Source of the DNA: a virus
Virus record (IMG/VR): IMGVR_UViG_3300042397_000787
DNA length: 64,000 nt
Reading direction: 5' to 3' (one strand)
In this document: positions 44,643 through 54,448 of the stretch, piece by piece
Position numbering within the stretch: the stretch's first letter is position 1
How the letters are laid out: each line of letters begins with the position of its first letter
The notes under the pieces: generated by a model
Told to the model about the DNA's origin: nothing
Database searches by the model: none
The model's input: only the letters and a program-made list of their open reading frames with translations
Translations under genes and position numbers: made by a program

Positions 44643-46874
44643 TTACGCCACAGCCTCAACCATTTTTGTAAGAATTACACGACCAATAGATTTCTTATCC
44701 TGAAACGCCTTGAACGCCTTGGTCAGTTCTTTCTTATCGTTGGAGTCCACAGTCAGAGTGTCTTCTGAAATTTGCAGACTACTGCCAGCTTTAATCAGAA
44801 ACTGGTCATCAAAGCCGTTGCTGTCCTTGAGAAGTGCCGCACCTTCCTTCTTGAAAGCCTTGCGGGTCGCATCACTGACTGTGCCAGGGACGAGCGAACG
44901 AGCCAAGAAATACTTGAGGTCATAAGAACCCATCAGGTAAAAGTTAATCATCCGCGAACCAGTGGTTTCACGATACAGTTCAAGAAGAGCCTTACAGTAA
45001 GACCGGCTGCGGTAGCTAACACCGTCATATTGCTGCGAAAAGGTGCGACGAGTCTTAGAGTCAACAATAGCTAGGTTCTTACGGTGATAATCATTATGAT
45101 TATGACCAACAGTTTCGAAGTTGCAATCACCTTCACCATCGGTCAAGAATACCGACGAAAGAACTTCAACGCGATTGCGGTTCTTGAAATCTTCGGCGAT
45201 GTAACGGCCAAGCAGAATGGCTTCTTCTAGCGGAGTGCTGCCAAGACCAAAAGAATTGGCAGCGGTACCGTCTAGATAAAGGTCATGATAGCTACGATTA
45301 TAAGACTGGCCAAGAGCAAGAATATTTGCCATCTGGGTCTTGAACTTACCACCAGAAACGCCGGTAGCCACCAACTGGAGCATACGGAAACTGGGGTCAG
45401 AAATCATCAGGTTGTTAGGGTCAGACAAGTTATTACGGCTGCGCACTGTATCGAAATACGTTTGTGGTGCGCTAGAGTTCGTAATGAAACCGTAAACTTC
45501 AAACGGAATGCGAACTTTCTGGCAGAACGAAGCCAGTAGAACCAGCTGCTCCATGGTACCAGACATGTTGGAAGACATGCTGCCCGACATATCAAGGTAC
45601 AGAAGCATGCCGTGGTTCTGACCGTTAGGAACAACCGTGTTCTGTAAGAACAGGTCTTCTGTAATCTTGTAAGCCCACACTTTGTCCATGTTGATGCGGC
45701 CAGTCTTGGAAGTCTGGGCGCGCATAAGCGACTTGGCTTTTTTCTTACGTTCAAAGTCCTGTGCCATTGAACTAAGGTACTTGCTGTTCTTGGCAAGAAA
45801 CTCCTTGTAGAGTTCCATCTTGACTTGTTCGGCAGTCTTGCCTGCTCGGTATGCGGCGCCACCAACAGAGAACTTCAACATCTTTTCGACGGTGTTAATA
45901 CCGACAATAAAATCAGCCGGGTTCAGAATAGGGAGCTTGGCATAAAACGTCTCACGGGCGTTTGCATCAAGCAGGCTGTCTTCATTCCGACGAAAGTTCT
46001 CATCGGTGAACGAAGTCGGCTCAGGGCTTTCTTCTGTATCATCGGACTCACTGTCACCAGACGAACCGTCTTCTTTCTCTTCTGACTTTTCTTCTGACTT
46101 TTCTTCGGTATCATCGGACGATGAAGACTTAGGTTCTTCTGTTTCGTCTTCTGATTTCTGACCCGTAGAGGAAGGCGTCTGTGGCTTTTCCTTGTCATCT
46201 GAGTTGTCCGAATTAGGAACTTCAACGTAGTCTGCACTCGGATCGAATTCACCGTCACCATCTTCCATGATATCACCAAGGGCGTTCATGAATTGTTCGA
46301 AGTCAAGTTCCTCGGTTGAATTTTCGGCACGTTCATAGAGTTCGCTAGCCAGCGCTACCACATCTTCCCAGGTGTCGAGGCTGTCAAGACGATTGACAAT
46401 CGCTTGTTCTTCGTCCGAGAACTTGACGTTCAAAAACGAACCGACCTTGGCGTGAAGGTTGATGCGGTCAATGAACTTTAGCTTATTGACATCCATACCT
46501 TCGACACCGAAGAAATTCTTTTCGAAGAGTTCTTGGTAACCATTGTAGAACGACCGACGAAGACCGGGGTAACGGTTCTTCATCTTGCGTTCGATACGAG
46601 CATCTTCAATGATGTTGAGGAAAGACTTGAAGCCCACACCCTTCTCAGAGATGCTGGAGTGCCAGCCGTCAGCAGGCGTTTCAAGAGCGTGACCGACTTC
46701 ATGGCCGATTAGCAGGTCATAAAGGTCAGCCGAAGTCTCTTTGAAGATCGGCAGCACGACCGTGCGGGTCTCCAGATTGAAGTAAGCGGTACTTGTCTTC
46801 TGGTGTTCTACATGGATATTTTCTGTCGCCAACAACTTGGCGAGAATCGACTTTTCAGCAAACTGGGACATCAC
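44643..46874 (-). CDS. CobT-like protein: HExxH peptidase-like domain + acidic linker + VWA domain
   Basis: HEVGH, EDARIE, D/E/S-rich linker, LDMSGSM, LTDGEG. Confidence 0.85.
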   Translation of the reverse strand: MMSQFAEKSILAKLLATENIHVEHQKTSTAYFNLETRTVVLPIFKETSADLYDLLIGHEVGHALETPADGWHSSISEKGVGFKSFLNIIEDARIERKMKNRYPGLRRSFYNGYQELFEKNFFGVEGMDVNKLKFIDRINLHAKVGSFLNVKFSDEEQAIVNRLDSLDTWEDVVALASELYERAENSTEELDFEQFMNALGDIMEDGDGEFDPSADYVEVPNSDNSDDKEKPQTPSSTGQKSEDETEEPKSSSSDDTEEKSEEKSEEKEDGSSGDSESDDTEESPEPTSFTDENFRRNEDSLLDANARETFYAKLPILNPADFIVGINTVEKMLKFSVGGAAYRAGKTAEQVKMELYKEFLAKNSKYLSSMAQDFERKKKAKSLMRAQTSKTGRINMDKVWAYKITEDLFLQNTVVPNGQNHGMLLYLDMSGSMSSNMSGTMEQLVLLASFCQKVRIPFEVYGFITNSSAPQTYFDTVRSRNNLSDPNNLMISDPSFRMLQLVATGVSGGKFKTQMANILALGQSYNRSYHDLYLDGTAANSFGLGSTPLEEAILLGRYIAEDFKNRNRVEVLSSVFLTDGEGDCNFETVGHNHNDYHRKNLAIVDSKTRRTFSQQYDGVSYRSRSYCKALLELYRETTGSRMINFYLMGSYDLKYFLARSLVPGTVSDATRKAFKKEGAALLKDSNGFDDQFLIKAGSSLQISEDTLTVDSNDKKELTKAFKAFQDKKSIGRVILTKMVEAVA

Positions 46875-46898
46875 AAAACCTCATCAATCAATCATATA

Positions 46899-46932
46899 AT
46901 TTACTATAGTCGATTCGCGACCAAATGTCAAG
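46899..46932 (-). promoter_or_regulatory. Early promoter, 34-bp exact repeat copy 2
   Basis: Identical to 44603..44636. Confidence 0.8.
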
Positions 46933-46940
46933 CGATTCTT

Positions 46941-47303
46941 TTAGAAACAACGGCGCTCACGGCGAATATATCGATTGCCGTAGTAGTCATATTCAGTAAC
47001 TTCTGTGGTACGGCAGTTACGGTCGCGGCGATAATATGCATCACGGTTGCGATAGTGATATTCATACTCGCGGTCATAAACTTCGCGCTCAACTTCCTCG
47101 TCGCGGCTATTGTTGTTTTTAATAGCAGCACCAAGAATAAATGCGCCTAGACCGATAGCAATAGCTTCGCCGGTATTAATATGATTGCCGCGCTTGCGCT
47201 CGTGGCGTTCAGTGCGGTGTTCACCACGACCCTTGGCTTCTGCTACCACAGGAGTAGCAAGAACACTGACCGCAATAATACTAGAAATAACAGACTTAAA
47301 CAT
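46941..47303 (-). CDS. Exported glycine-zipper-type protein
   Basis: Signal peptide, AIAIGLGAFILGAAI segment, Arg/Tyr-rich tail. Confidence 0.65.
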   Translation of the reverse strand: MFKSVISSIIAVSVLATPVVAEAKGRGEHRTERHERKRGNHINTGEAIAIGLGAFILGAAIKNNNSRDEEVEREVYDREYEYHYRNRDAYYRRDRNCRTTEVTEYDYYGNRYIRRERRCF

Positions 47304-47324
47304 AATCATTCTCCTTATATTATT

Positions 47325-47352
47325 AGTATACACGAATCGATGGTAATGTCAA
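47325..47352 (-). promoter_or_regulatory. sigma70-type promoter with CGATTCG in the spacer
   Basis: TTGACA-16-TATACT. Confidence 0.65.
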
Positions 47353-47353
47353 G

Positions 47354-47959
47354 TTAAAAACGTGTCATTGACCCATCGGCATGAGCCAAAAATGGCTCAA
47401 ACTTAATGTTGGGATATTCATCTGCCAAATCTTTGAACATCTGGAGATTGGAAACAGCATCATCAAAGAGACGAGCGCGAGTAAATTTACCAGTATCAAG
47501 GTATTGTTTAATAAAGATTTTCTTGGCTGGAGCAGACGGCATAGCGCCTAGATTGCCAGCACGGTGAACATGTATATCATCAATATCGATACCTTGTTGA
47601 CGAAAGGTATCTAGAAAAATATCACGGTCATCAAAATCTGACCGAGCGGTAATGACAATCATCTTACTGCCACGGGCCTTAATATTTTTATGCATTGCAA
47701 TCAATTTGCGAATCGCTTTAGCGATAGGTTCGCTGGTGTCACGAAAATGCCGGGCGTCCCTAAACTCGCTAAAGTCAAAGGATTCACCCGGCTGTAAATT
47801 ATATGTATTGTATTGCTTGTTACCCAGTGTCTTGATTATCTTACCGCCTTTGACGATATGGACACGGGCTTTGGTACGGAACAATGTCTCGTCAATATCC
47901 CAGATAGTTAATCCGGCACTGTCTTGCGACTCACTTATAAACTCTTTAAAACCAATCAT
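47354..47959 (-). CDS. HAD-superfamily phosphatase
   Basis: WDIDETLF, ITARS, K, LFDDA; N-terminal MIGFKEFISE. Confidence 0.8.
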   Translation of the reverse strand: MIGFKEFISESQDSAGLTIWDIDETLFRTKARVHIVKGGKIIKTLGNKQYNTYNLQPGESFDFSEFRDARHFRDTSEPIAKAIRKLIAMHKNIKARGSKMIVITARSDFDDRDIFLDTFRQQGIDIDDIHVHRAGNLGAMPSAPAKKIFIKQYLDTGKFTRARLFDDAVSNLQMFKDLADEYPNIKFEPFLAHADGSMTRF

Positions 47960-47965
47960 ATTTAT

Positions 47966-47994
47966 ATACTACTCGATTCGTGAGTGAATGTCAA
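47966..47994 (-). promoter_or_regulatory. sigma70-type promoter with CGAATCG in the spacer (probably leaderless)
   Basis: TTGACA-17-TAGTAT, then 6 nt, then ATG. Confidence 0.6.
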
Positions 47995-48001
47995 GTAGTA
48001 T

Positions 48002-48598
48002 TTATACAGGCGGGGCTTTCTTTCGAGTTTTCTTGGGCTTTGGAGCCTCTTCTTCCGCGTCTGCTTCGATACGGTTCTTCAAACGCTTGGCAACTTCTTC
48101 CGCATCAAGCCAGATGTCCTTGTTATCAAGCATAGACTTAATTTCTTCTGGCGTCAGGAAGTCTTTATAGAAAGAAGCAAACAACTTCTCAGACCATGCA
48201 CGGAAGTGTGTGATTTGGTCATACATTTCGCCGCCCTTACCAATGGTGCCACTTGAATAGTTGTGGAACATGAACATGGTATGGTCAGATAGTTCAAAGC
48301 GATCCGCACTAAGGAAGATAAGAGTTGCAGCCGACATACAGATGCCTTCTACCGAACAAACGATAGTAGCATTTGATTCTTGAATTGCTCTTACTATCTG
48401 GAGAGCGGCAAACAGGTCGCCACCTTCACTGTTGATACGAATGTAGATAGTATCTGTCTCGCCAGCCGCTCGAAATAACTGGAACCATTCTACATATTCT
48501 TCGGCGGCTTTAATTTCGCCGCACAGATATAGATTTACGACAGTAGCTACAGGTTGCGCAAAGTATCTAGCCTTAGAAGGACCATCAAACTCGTTCAT
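48002..48598 (-). CDS. ClpP-like serine protease
   Basis: INSEGG, CMSAAT, FMFH, DIWLDAEE. Confidence 0.85.
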   Translation of the reverse strand: MNEFDGPSKARYFAQPVATVVNLYLCGEIKAAEEYVEWFQLFRAAGETDTIYIRINSEGGDLFAALQIVRAIQESNATIVCSVEGICMSAATLIFLSADRFELSDHTMFMFHNYSSGTIGKGGEMYDQITHFRAWSEKLFASFYKDFLTPEEIKSMLDNKDIWLDAEEVAKRLKNRIEADAEEEAPKPKKTRKKAPPV

Positions 48599-48962
48599 AG
48601 AATCTTGTGATTGCGGTGATCTTTTCAATTTGGTTATCAATTATGGGTGTCCTATTCGGCCAGTGGATGTATTCCTTTTCAGGATTTTTCATCAGGTTAT
48701 ACATTAAAGGTAAAATTAAGTCTTCTACCTGCTTCAACTTTTCAGAAACTTCCATTTCGACCAGTCGCTTATGTTCTGAGATAAGTGTTGACTGGTCTAC
48801 ATTAAGAAGTCTAGCTTCTAGGTCATATAGTTTGGCCATAATCTCATCTTTAAGATCGCTGGCACCTATATCGTCGTTAGGATTATATGGTTCTCGAACG
48901 TGAACCACAGTTTCGGTTGGGTCTTCGAATGTAAATCCGAAATCATAGGTTGTGTTGGACAT
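48585..48962 (-). CDS. Conserved hypothetical protein
   Basis: DFGFTF...PLMYNLMKNPEKEYIHWPNR. Confidence 0.7.
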   Translation of the reverse strand: MSNTTYDFGFTFEDPTETVVHVREPYNPNDDIGASDLKDEIMAKLYDLEARLLNVDQSTLISEHKRLVEMEVSEKLKQVEDLILPLMYNLMKNPEKEYIHWPNRTPIIDNQIEKITAITRFYERV

Positions 48963-49534
48963 ATTTTCTAGTATACCTTTCGTGGGGATAAAATATATTC
49001 ATTTCAACATTTTCCAAAAATTAAAAGCCATGGAGACTCTTTCGCCATCACCTTCGTTCGGTAAAACCCGATGCATCAAATCATCAGGAAATAATAATAA
49101 CAACCCAGCATATGGTTTAATCTGAAAGATTTCTTTTTTAATCTCATACTCAAAATGACCAGCATTTTCTGGAACTTGGAGATAAAGAACTCCACACATC
49201 TCATCTGTGGCACCCCTATCGTGATGGTGCCACTCATTATAATCGCTACCAGTATTGATATTATACCAGCAAGTTATATCTCCAGTAACACCCGCTACAG
49301 CTTGAACATTATCTATAACTGATTCTGCCCAGGAATAAGTTTTTCTATTACAACGTTCACTGTGCCATCCACCTTTATTACTTCGTTTAACAGACTTGGT
49401 TATGCCACGCAATGCTAAAACATTATCGGTGAAATTTTCTGGTAAAGTAAGTTGAACCAATCGCATAGTCATAAAAATAATTAGTCAACTGTAAATTCAA
49501 AGGTTGTTTTGGACATATTTTCTAATATACCTTT
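48943..49534. repeat. 38-bp imperfect direct repeats (48943-48980 and 49497-49534) flanking the 2OG-Fe(II) gene
   Basis: tcataggttgtgttggacatattttctagtataccttt versus tcaaaggttgttttggacatattttctaatataccttt, 3 mismatches. Confidence 0.8.
48999..49472 (-). CDS. 2OG-Fe(II) oxygenase (TIGR02466-like)
   Basis: SNKGGWHS, WYNIN, HHH, GVLYL, FP..LMHRV, RVSMAFN. Confidence 0.8.
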   Translation of the reverse strand: MTMRLVQLTLPENFTDNVLALRGITKSVKRSNKGGWHSERCNRKTYSWAESVIDNVQAVAGVTGDITCWYNINTGSDYNEWHHHDRGATDEMCGVLYLQVPENAGHFEYEIKKEIFQIKPYAGLLLLFPDDLMHRVLPNEGDGERVSMAFNFWKMLK

Positions 49535-50012
49535 TTGCTCGTTTTTCTAGTGACTTCATAGCCATCTTCATTTTCATTTCAGAAGCATGGTCAGAGAAAT
49601 TCAACCCAAGCATATGATCATATTCATGCTGAAAAATTCTGGCGGGTAATCCCGTGAACTCTTCTACTATATATTCACCTTCTACGTTCTGATATGAGGC
49701 AGTGATTGCGGCTGGGCGTTTGATAGAAAGCCATAGACCTGGATAACTTAGACAGCCTTCTTTAGCAAGATTAGTTTCGGGTGACCATGAAACAATCTTG
49801 GGGTTAAAAATATTCTTGCGATTATCATCATCTGAACCCATTACAAAAACTTTAGCATCGATTCCCACCTGATTTGCAGACAGTCCTAGACCTCGAAGGT
49901 CACGAGATTTTGTCCATAGCTTATCAACCAGATCGTTTGCGTCACCAGCATCAAAGTCAAATGCAGACGGCTCTTTGCGAAGCTGCGGATCAGTAAACTT
50001 AATTAATTCCAT
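49497..50012 (-). CDS. def: Peptide deformylase
   Basis: GLGLSANQVG, EGCLS, QHEYDH. Confidence 0.95.
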   Translation of the reverse strand: MELIKFTDPQLRKEPSAFDFDAGDANDLVDKLWTKSRDLRGLGLSANQVGIDAKVFVMGSDDDNRKNIFNPKIVSWSPETNLAKEGCLSYPGLWLSIKRPAAITASYQNVEGEYIVEEFTGLPARIFQHEYDHMLGLNFSDHASEMKMKMAMKSLEKRAKRYIRKYVQNNL

Positions 50013-51727
50013 TATACCACCATTTCACTATAGTTATTTTTCTTTTCAAACTTAATTAGACTGCGGAACTTATCAAACAGTTGGTCGCCCTTATGACTGA
50101 TAACAAATACATTAGTATCTTCACCCAATGTATCAAGTAGAGACATAATATAATCTGTCCCATTGTTGTCTAGTGAACTATCAAATACTTCGTCCAGGAT
50201 TAGAAGATTGGTAGCTACACTGTTCTTCATCTTAGCGATTGTTCGCCACGTAAAGAGAAGAGCCAGGTCGATGCGTTGCTTTTCGCCTTCAGAGAAGGAT
50301 GCGTAACTGAAATCGTCACGATGGCGAGACTTAATCGTTTCATCAAACTTCTCATCAAGATTAAACTGCACAAAGAAGTCCATTGCTTGTAGATATTTAT
50401 TCACCAACTTATTGATAACTGGAAGATACTGCCGAATAATCTTAGTCTTAATACCAGTGTCCTTGAGGAGAGTGGAGACAGCATCCATGTAATGCTTTTC
50501 TTCATTCAACTTGGCCTTTTCTTCGTTCTGAACCAGAACTTCTTTAGCATAAGTCTTTAGCTTATTCTTTTCAGTATCTATATCACCAGTTTTAGATGAA
50601 ATATCATTCAGTTCCAGATTGAGTGCTTGGATTAATCTCTGTTGAACAATCATTTCATTATGATGAGTTATAATCGAAGCATTCAGCCCAGAAATTTGTT
50701 CGGAAAGAACCGCATTTTCCGCGATAAGTTCTTCAAGTTTTGTAAATTCTTCCTGGAGTTTCTCCATTCCCGAAGATAGTTCTTGCATTTTCTCTTGTCT
50801 GGATGATACGATGGTTTCTTTATGATCGTGAGCAATGCCTTGCCGACATGTCGGACACTCATCTGTTTCCTCGTAGAATGCCACCTCCTTTTGGAGATCG
50901 CGGAGTTGGGTGGAAAATTTGGTTTTAAAGGAGTCGAGTTTCTTTTGCTTGTCTGCAAGGTCTCCGAGACTTTGTTGGGTTTCTTCAACAGAAAGTTTTT
51001 GCCCTTCCAAATCGTTAGCGAGGCTTGTAAGACTTGATATCTTTTCTTCGCCGGTCTGAATACGCTCCAATATTTCATCGACTCTCTTCTCTCGGTTCGC
51101 TTCTAGGGTGTCAACATATTCTTTCTGTATCGAAGCCTTTTGTTTCAAGACTTCCAGCTTACCGTCGGCATCCTGTAATTGATCTTTAAGAGCATTCATC
51201 TTGTCACGCAACACCACATTCATTGTGGTAAAAATTTGAATGTCCAGCAGGTCTTCGATGATTTCTCTACGGGTTCCAGAGGGCAACTGCATGAACGGGG
51301 TGAATGACGCCGAACCTAGAATGACAATCTGGGTAAAAGACTTGTAGTTCAACTTGAGAATGGATTCCTCAAGATACTTTTGATAATCTCTAGCGGCCGC
51401 ATCTTGATTCAACAGTTCGCCATCAACATAGATTTCAAAAAGACCGGGCTTGATACCACGAACAATCTTATACAATTTACTACCACTGTGGAATTCTACC
51501 TCAACCAGAAGTTGCTTCTTGTTAATGGAGTTTACCAACTGCGGCTTGTTGATGTTGCGAAACGGCTTACCGAAAAGAGAGAAGCACAATGCATCAAGCA
51601 TCGTGGACTTGCCGCCGCCATTCTCACCGACTATGAGGGTACTGGGTGAACGGTCTAGTTTAATTTCAGTAAACTGATTGCCAGTAGAAAGAAAGTTCTT
51701 CCAACGAATAGTGTTAAAAATAATCAT
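50012..51727 (-). CDS. 46: Recombination endonuclease ATPase subunit (gp46, Rad50-like)
   Basis: GENGGGKST, CPTC hook, FSEGE, LDEVFD. Confidence 0.95.
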   Translation of the reverse strand: MIIFNTIRWKNFLSTGNQFTEIKLDRSPSTLIVGENGGGKSTMLDALCFSLFGKPFRNINKPQLVNSINKKQLLVEVEFHSGSKLYKIVRGIKPGLFEIYVDGELLNQDAAARDYQKYLEESILKLNYKSFTQIVILGSASFTPFMQLPSGTRREIIEDLLDIQIFTTMNVVLRDKMNALKDQLQDADGKLEVLKQKASIQKEYVDTLEANREKRVDEILERIQTGEEKISSLTSLANDLEGQKLSVEETQQSLGDLADKQKKLDSFKTKFSTQLRDLQKEVAFYEETDECPTCRQGIAHDHKETIVSSRQEKMQELSSGMEKLQEEFTKLEELIAENAVLSEQISGLNASIITHHNEMIVQQRLIQALNLELNDISSKTGDIDTEKNKLKTYAKEVLVQNEEKAKLNEEKHYMDAVSTLLKDTGIKTKIIRQYLPVINKLVNKYLQAMDFFVQFNLDEKFDETIKSRHRDDFSYASFSEGEKQRIDLALLFTWRTIAKMKNSVATNLLILDEVFDSSLDNNGTDYIMSLLDTLGEDTNVFVISHKGDQLFDKFRSLIKFEKKNNYSEMVV

Positions 51728-52779
51728 ACGGTAACGTTCTGTGCCTCAACATAGAGTGTCTGTAGAATAGACTTAATACGGTTCTTTTCCAAATCGGTTT
51801 GAATGGTGTCAACAAAATCTGAGAGAACCGACATAGTATCTTCTACATTTAACTCTTCATCATCCGTCGCTTCTGTTTCAAATTCAGAAAAGTCTTCGAT
51901 GATTTTAAGTTCGATTAGATTTAAATCATATAGCTTATCAACGAAGCGGTCAAACTTATAGAAGTCAGTTTTCTTCACAACTACCAAACGAACACAAGAT
52001 CCGACCATAGGTAGAAGGTCGATAGCAGAGGGGTCACCATTAGTATCGTCATAATAGATTTTATGGAAGATTTGAAATGGGTTCTCAAAGAATTCTACCT
52101 CATTTGTTTCCGTATCATATAAGTGATACCCTCTCTTATCATTATAATCAGACCAAGTAAACTCATAGGTATTACCAAGATAAAGAATATTACCAGTGCG
52201 ACTACGATGGTGGAAATGACCACTACAAACGAGAGGAAATCTATCAAAGTCCACAGTATCCATTCCGTGATCATTTTTATGCCCACGGTACATTTCAAAA
52301 CCTGAAAATTCAAAGTGTCCAAATACTGCTTGTGCATTACTTTTCTTTACTACCTCCATAGTTTCTGAATAATTACCAGAACAAATCCATGGAACAAGTA
52401 GTAGATTTTTTCCGTCTAATCTAATTTCTTCTGCTTCCGAATATGTAATAATGTTTTCATACTCACGGAGCAGAAGGTCCAGTGAGTTTACATCGTTAGT
52501 ATTCTTGAAGAAAGTATCGTGGTTTCCAGCAATCATATGAACATCGATGCCCAAATCACTGGTCTTGTCAAAGAAATACTCACGGCACTTCTTCAACGTA
52601 TTATAATTTATAAACTTGCGCCGATCAAAGACATCACCCAAGTGAATGATAGTCTTGATACCTTCTCGTTCCATATGAGGAAAGAATGTTTCCGTGTAGA
52701 ACTTCGCAAAGAAGTTATCGAAGGGAATAGAATCCGACCTAGCACCAAAGTGAGTGTCAGTAATTAGCGCAATCTTCAT
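51724..52779 (-). CDS. 47: Recombination endonuclease nuclease subunit (gp47, Mre11-like)
   Basis: DTHFG, GDVFD, GNHD, GHFH. Confidence 0.95.
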   Translation of the reverse strand: MKIALITDTHFGARSDSIPFDNFFAKFYTETFFPHMEREGIKTIIHLGDVFDRRKFINYNTLKKCREYFFDKTSDLGIDVHMIAGNHDTFFKNTNDVNSLDLLLREYENIITYSEAEEIRLDGKNLLLVPWICSGNYSETMEVVKKSNAQAVFGHFEFSGFEMYRGHKNDHGMDTVDFDRFPLVCSGHFHHRSRTGNILYLGNTYEFTWSDYNDKRGYHLYDTETNEVEFFENPFQIFHKIYYDDTNGDPSAIDLLPMVGSCVRLVVVKKTDFYKFDRFVDKLYDLNLIELKIIEDFSEFETEATDDEELNVEDTMSVLSDFVDTIQTDLEKNRIKSILQTLYVEAQNVTV

Positions 52780-53315
52780 GACTTTAGAATTCCAAGTAGA
52801 GTATTGGTCTGGCTGATAGCATCATCAAGTGCATGGTGATGCGTATCATTTTCAGCGGCACGAATCTTAGCATTGCTAAGCCCCATAAGGTTCATCACAG
52901 TGCGATAACACATGATGTTACTAAAGCGCCAAGGGTATGGCATACCGACCGCTGCATATCCAGACTCCAGAATAGAGATGTCAAACGATGCACCATTACC
53001 CCACGGCATTACCTTGTCTCTACCAATCCAGTCAGTGAAATTTTGTAGTGCGTCCACGAGTTGCAGTTGGTCGACCAGAAGAGCATCTCTAGCCGCCGCA
53101 CTTTGCTGCATCCACCAATCAATAGTAGACTTGTCAACGTGAAGACCCGCGGCCTTACAAGATTTGGCATCGATGTTACAGTAGAACTTATCGATAATGC
53201 CTTCACCGATAGTGAACTTGGTAGCACCAATAGAAAGAATGGTCGCGTTGGCTCTTGTCGAAAGAGTTTCCAAGTCAATCATCACATGAACGGTAGTAGG
53301 ATCAGTTACTTTCAT
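52776..53315 (-). CDS. DEDDh 3'-5' exonuclease (DexA/RNase AS-like)
   Basis: IDLET, WGNGASFD, HHALDDA. Confidence 0.88.
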   Translation of the reverse strand: MKVTDPTTVHVMIDLETLSTRANATILSIGATKFTIGEGIIDKFYCNIDAKSCKAAGLHVDKSTIDWWMQQSAAARDALLVDQLQLVDALQNFTDWIGRDKVMPWGNGASFDISILESGYAAVGMPYPWRFSNIMCYRTVMNLMGLSNAKIRAAENDTHHHALDDAISQTNTLLGILKS

Positions 53316-53479
53316 TTACGCTTCTCTTTTGCATATTGTGATAATGCCTTATCGCAGTAGTCACGAATATTTTCTACCGTCACCATATAGTTATGTCTGA
53401 TATTAGACGGCGTTGCCTTGTCCTGCATAGTATCGACCATCTGCTGGACGATTGCAGGAACAATTAGTTCCTTAGTCAT
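53312..53479 (-). CDS. Hypothetical protein (55 aa)
   Basis: Manual translation MTKELIVPAIVQQM...ENIRDYC; ATGA overlap with the exonuclease gene. Confidence 0.6.
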   Translation of the reverse strand: MTKELIVPAIVQQMVDTMQDKATPSNIRHNYMVTVENIRDYCDKALSQYAKEKRK

Positions 53480-53487
53480 ATTACACC

Positions 53488-53844
53488 TTATTTTTTATCT
53501 GCCCCCGACGTGGGAGTTGCAGCATTTGCGACATCAGGAATAGCTTTCTCTAGCGCCTGTTCCGCATCAAGCTCTTCACCTTCTTGAAGGCGCTTCAATG
53601 CAATTTGACCGTTACAAATCATGTAGTGCTGACCTTCACCGAGTTTAGAAGATTCGAGGTAGATGCACCCGGCATTCTGAACCGAAATAGTCTGCACTTC
53701 TTCGCGATGACCTGCAATGCTATTGCCAACAGAAATCAAAGCAGTAGAAACAACGCCCAGAATCAACAGGGAGAACCAGTTATCAGAAACAAACTTGACA
53801 GCATTATTAGTTTTTGGAGAATCAATCATAAATGTACCTTTCAA
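53488..53844 (-). CDS. Membrane-anchored hypothetical protein
   Basis: Single TM segment, two Cys in the exported part. Confidence 0.6.
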   Translation of the reverse strand: MKGTFMIDSPKTNNAVKFVSDNWFSLLILGVVSTALISVGNSIAGHREEVQTISVQNAGCIYLESSKLGEGQHYMICNGQIALKRLQEGEELDAEQALEKAIPDVANAATPTSGADKK

Positions 53845-53863
53845 TTAGAGTGATGTTCTCATC

Positions 53864-54448
53864 TTACTCTAAATCTAGTCCAGAGTCAATAGTTTTTTGT
53901 TTATCCAGATATTTTGGTCGGCGCTTAGGAATATTACTGACCTCCGCTGGCTTATCAAAGTCTTCTACCAGGTCAATCGTCTTTTTAAGATAGTCAATGA
54001 ACTCGTTGCCATAATCACCACCGTCATGGTCTTGGGTAATCAAATCATGAACATCTAGATTGCGGATGTATCGGTACTTTGCAGCCTGTTGCTTCTTCTC
54101 TTTCGCAATACGGCGTAAGAAGGCATAATACGTAATCTGTGTGAAGTATGCAAAGGGGTTCTTAGACTTAGCAGGATCGAAGTTATCGATGTAAGTAATA
54201 CAGTTTTCAATTCCATCAAGGATCATTTCCTCACGATAGGTATAATTGATGAAGTTAGATTTATATGCCAAGTGATTAGCAATCTTGAGGAAGCATTCGC
54301 CTAGATAATTGGGCACACGAGGCTTCTTACTACGATCATAGTCCGGTTCAGCTTTAGCAGCCAAAACCTTTTCTCTATACTCTGTAATCTTTTCTAGAAA
54401 CAAAGCATTGTCTACATAGTGAACATTATTTTTTCTATTCTTGACCAT
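53864..54448 (-). CDS. 55: Late-transcription sigma factor (gp55)
   Basis: HYVDN, NFINYTY, NPFAYFTQI, RRIAKEKKQ. Confidence 0.95.
   Translation of the reverse strand: MVKNRKNNVHYVDNALFLEKITEYREKVLAAKAEPDYDRSKKPRVPNYLGECFLKIANHLAYKSNFINYTYREEMILDGIENCITYIDNFDPAKSKNPFAYFTQITYYAFLRRIAKEKKQQAAKYRYIRNLDVHDLITQDHDGGDYGNEFIDYLKKTIDLVEDFDKPAEVSNIPKRRPKYLDKQKTIDSGLDLE

Noticed and set aside
46000-46330. Low-complexity repeats such as tctgacttttcttctgacttttcttc
   Set aside because: They encode the acidic linker of the CobT-like protein; not a CRISPR array or mobile element.
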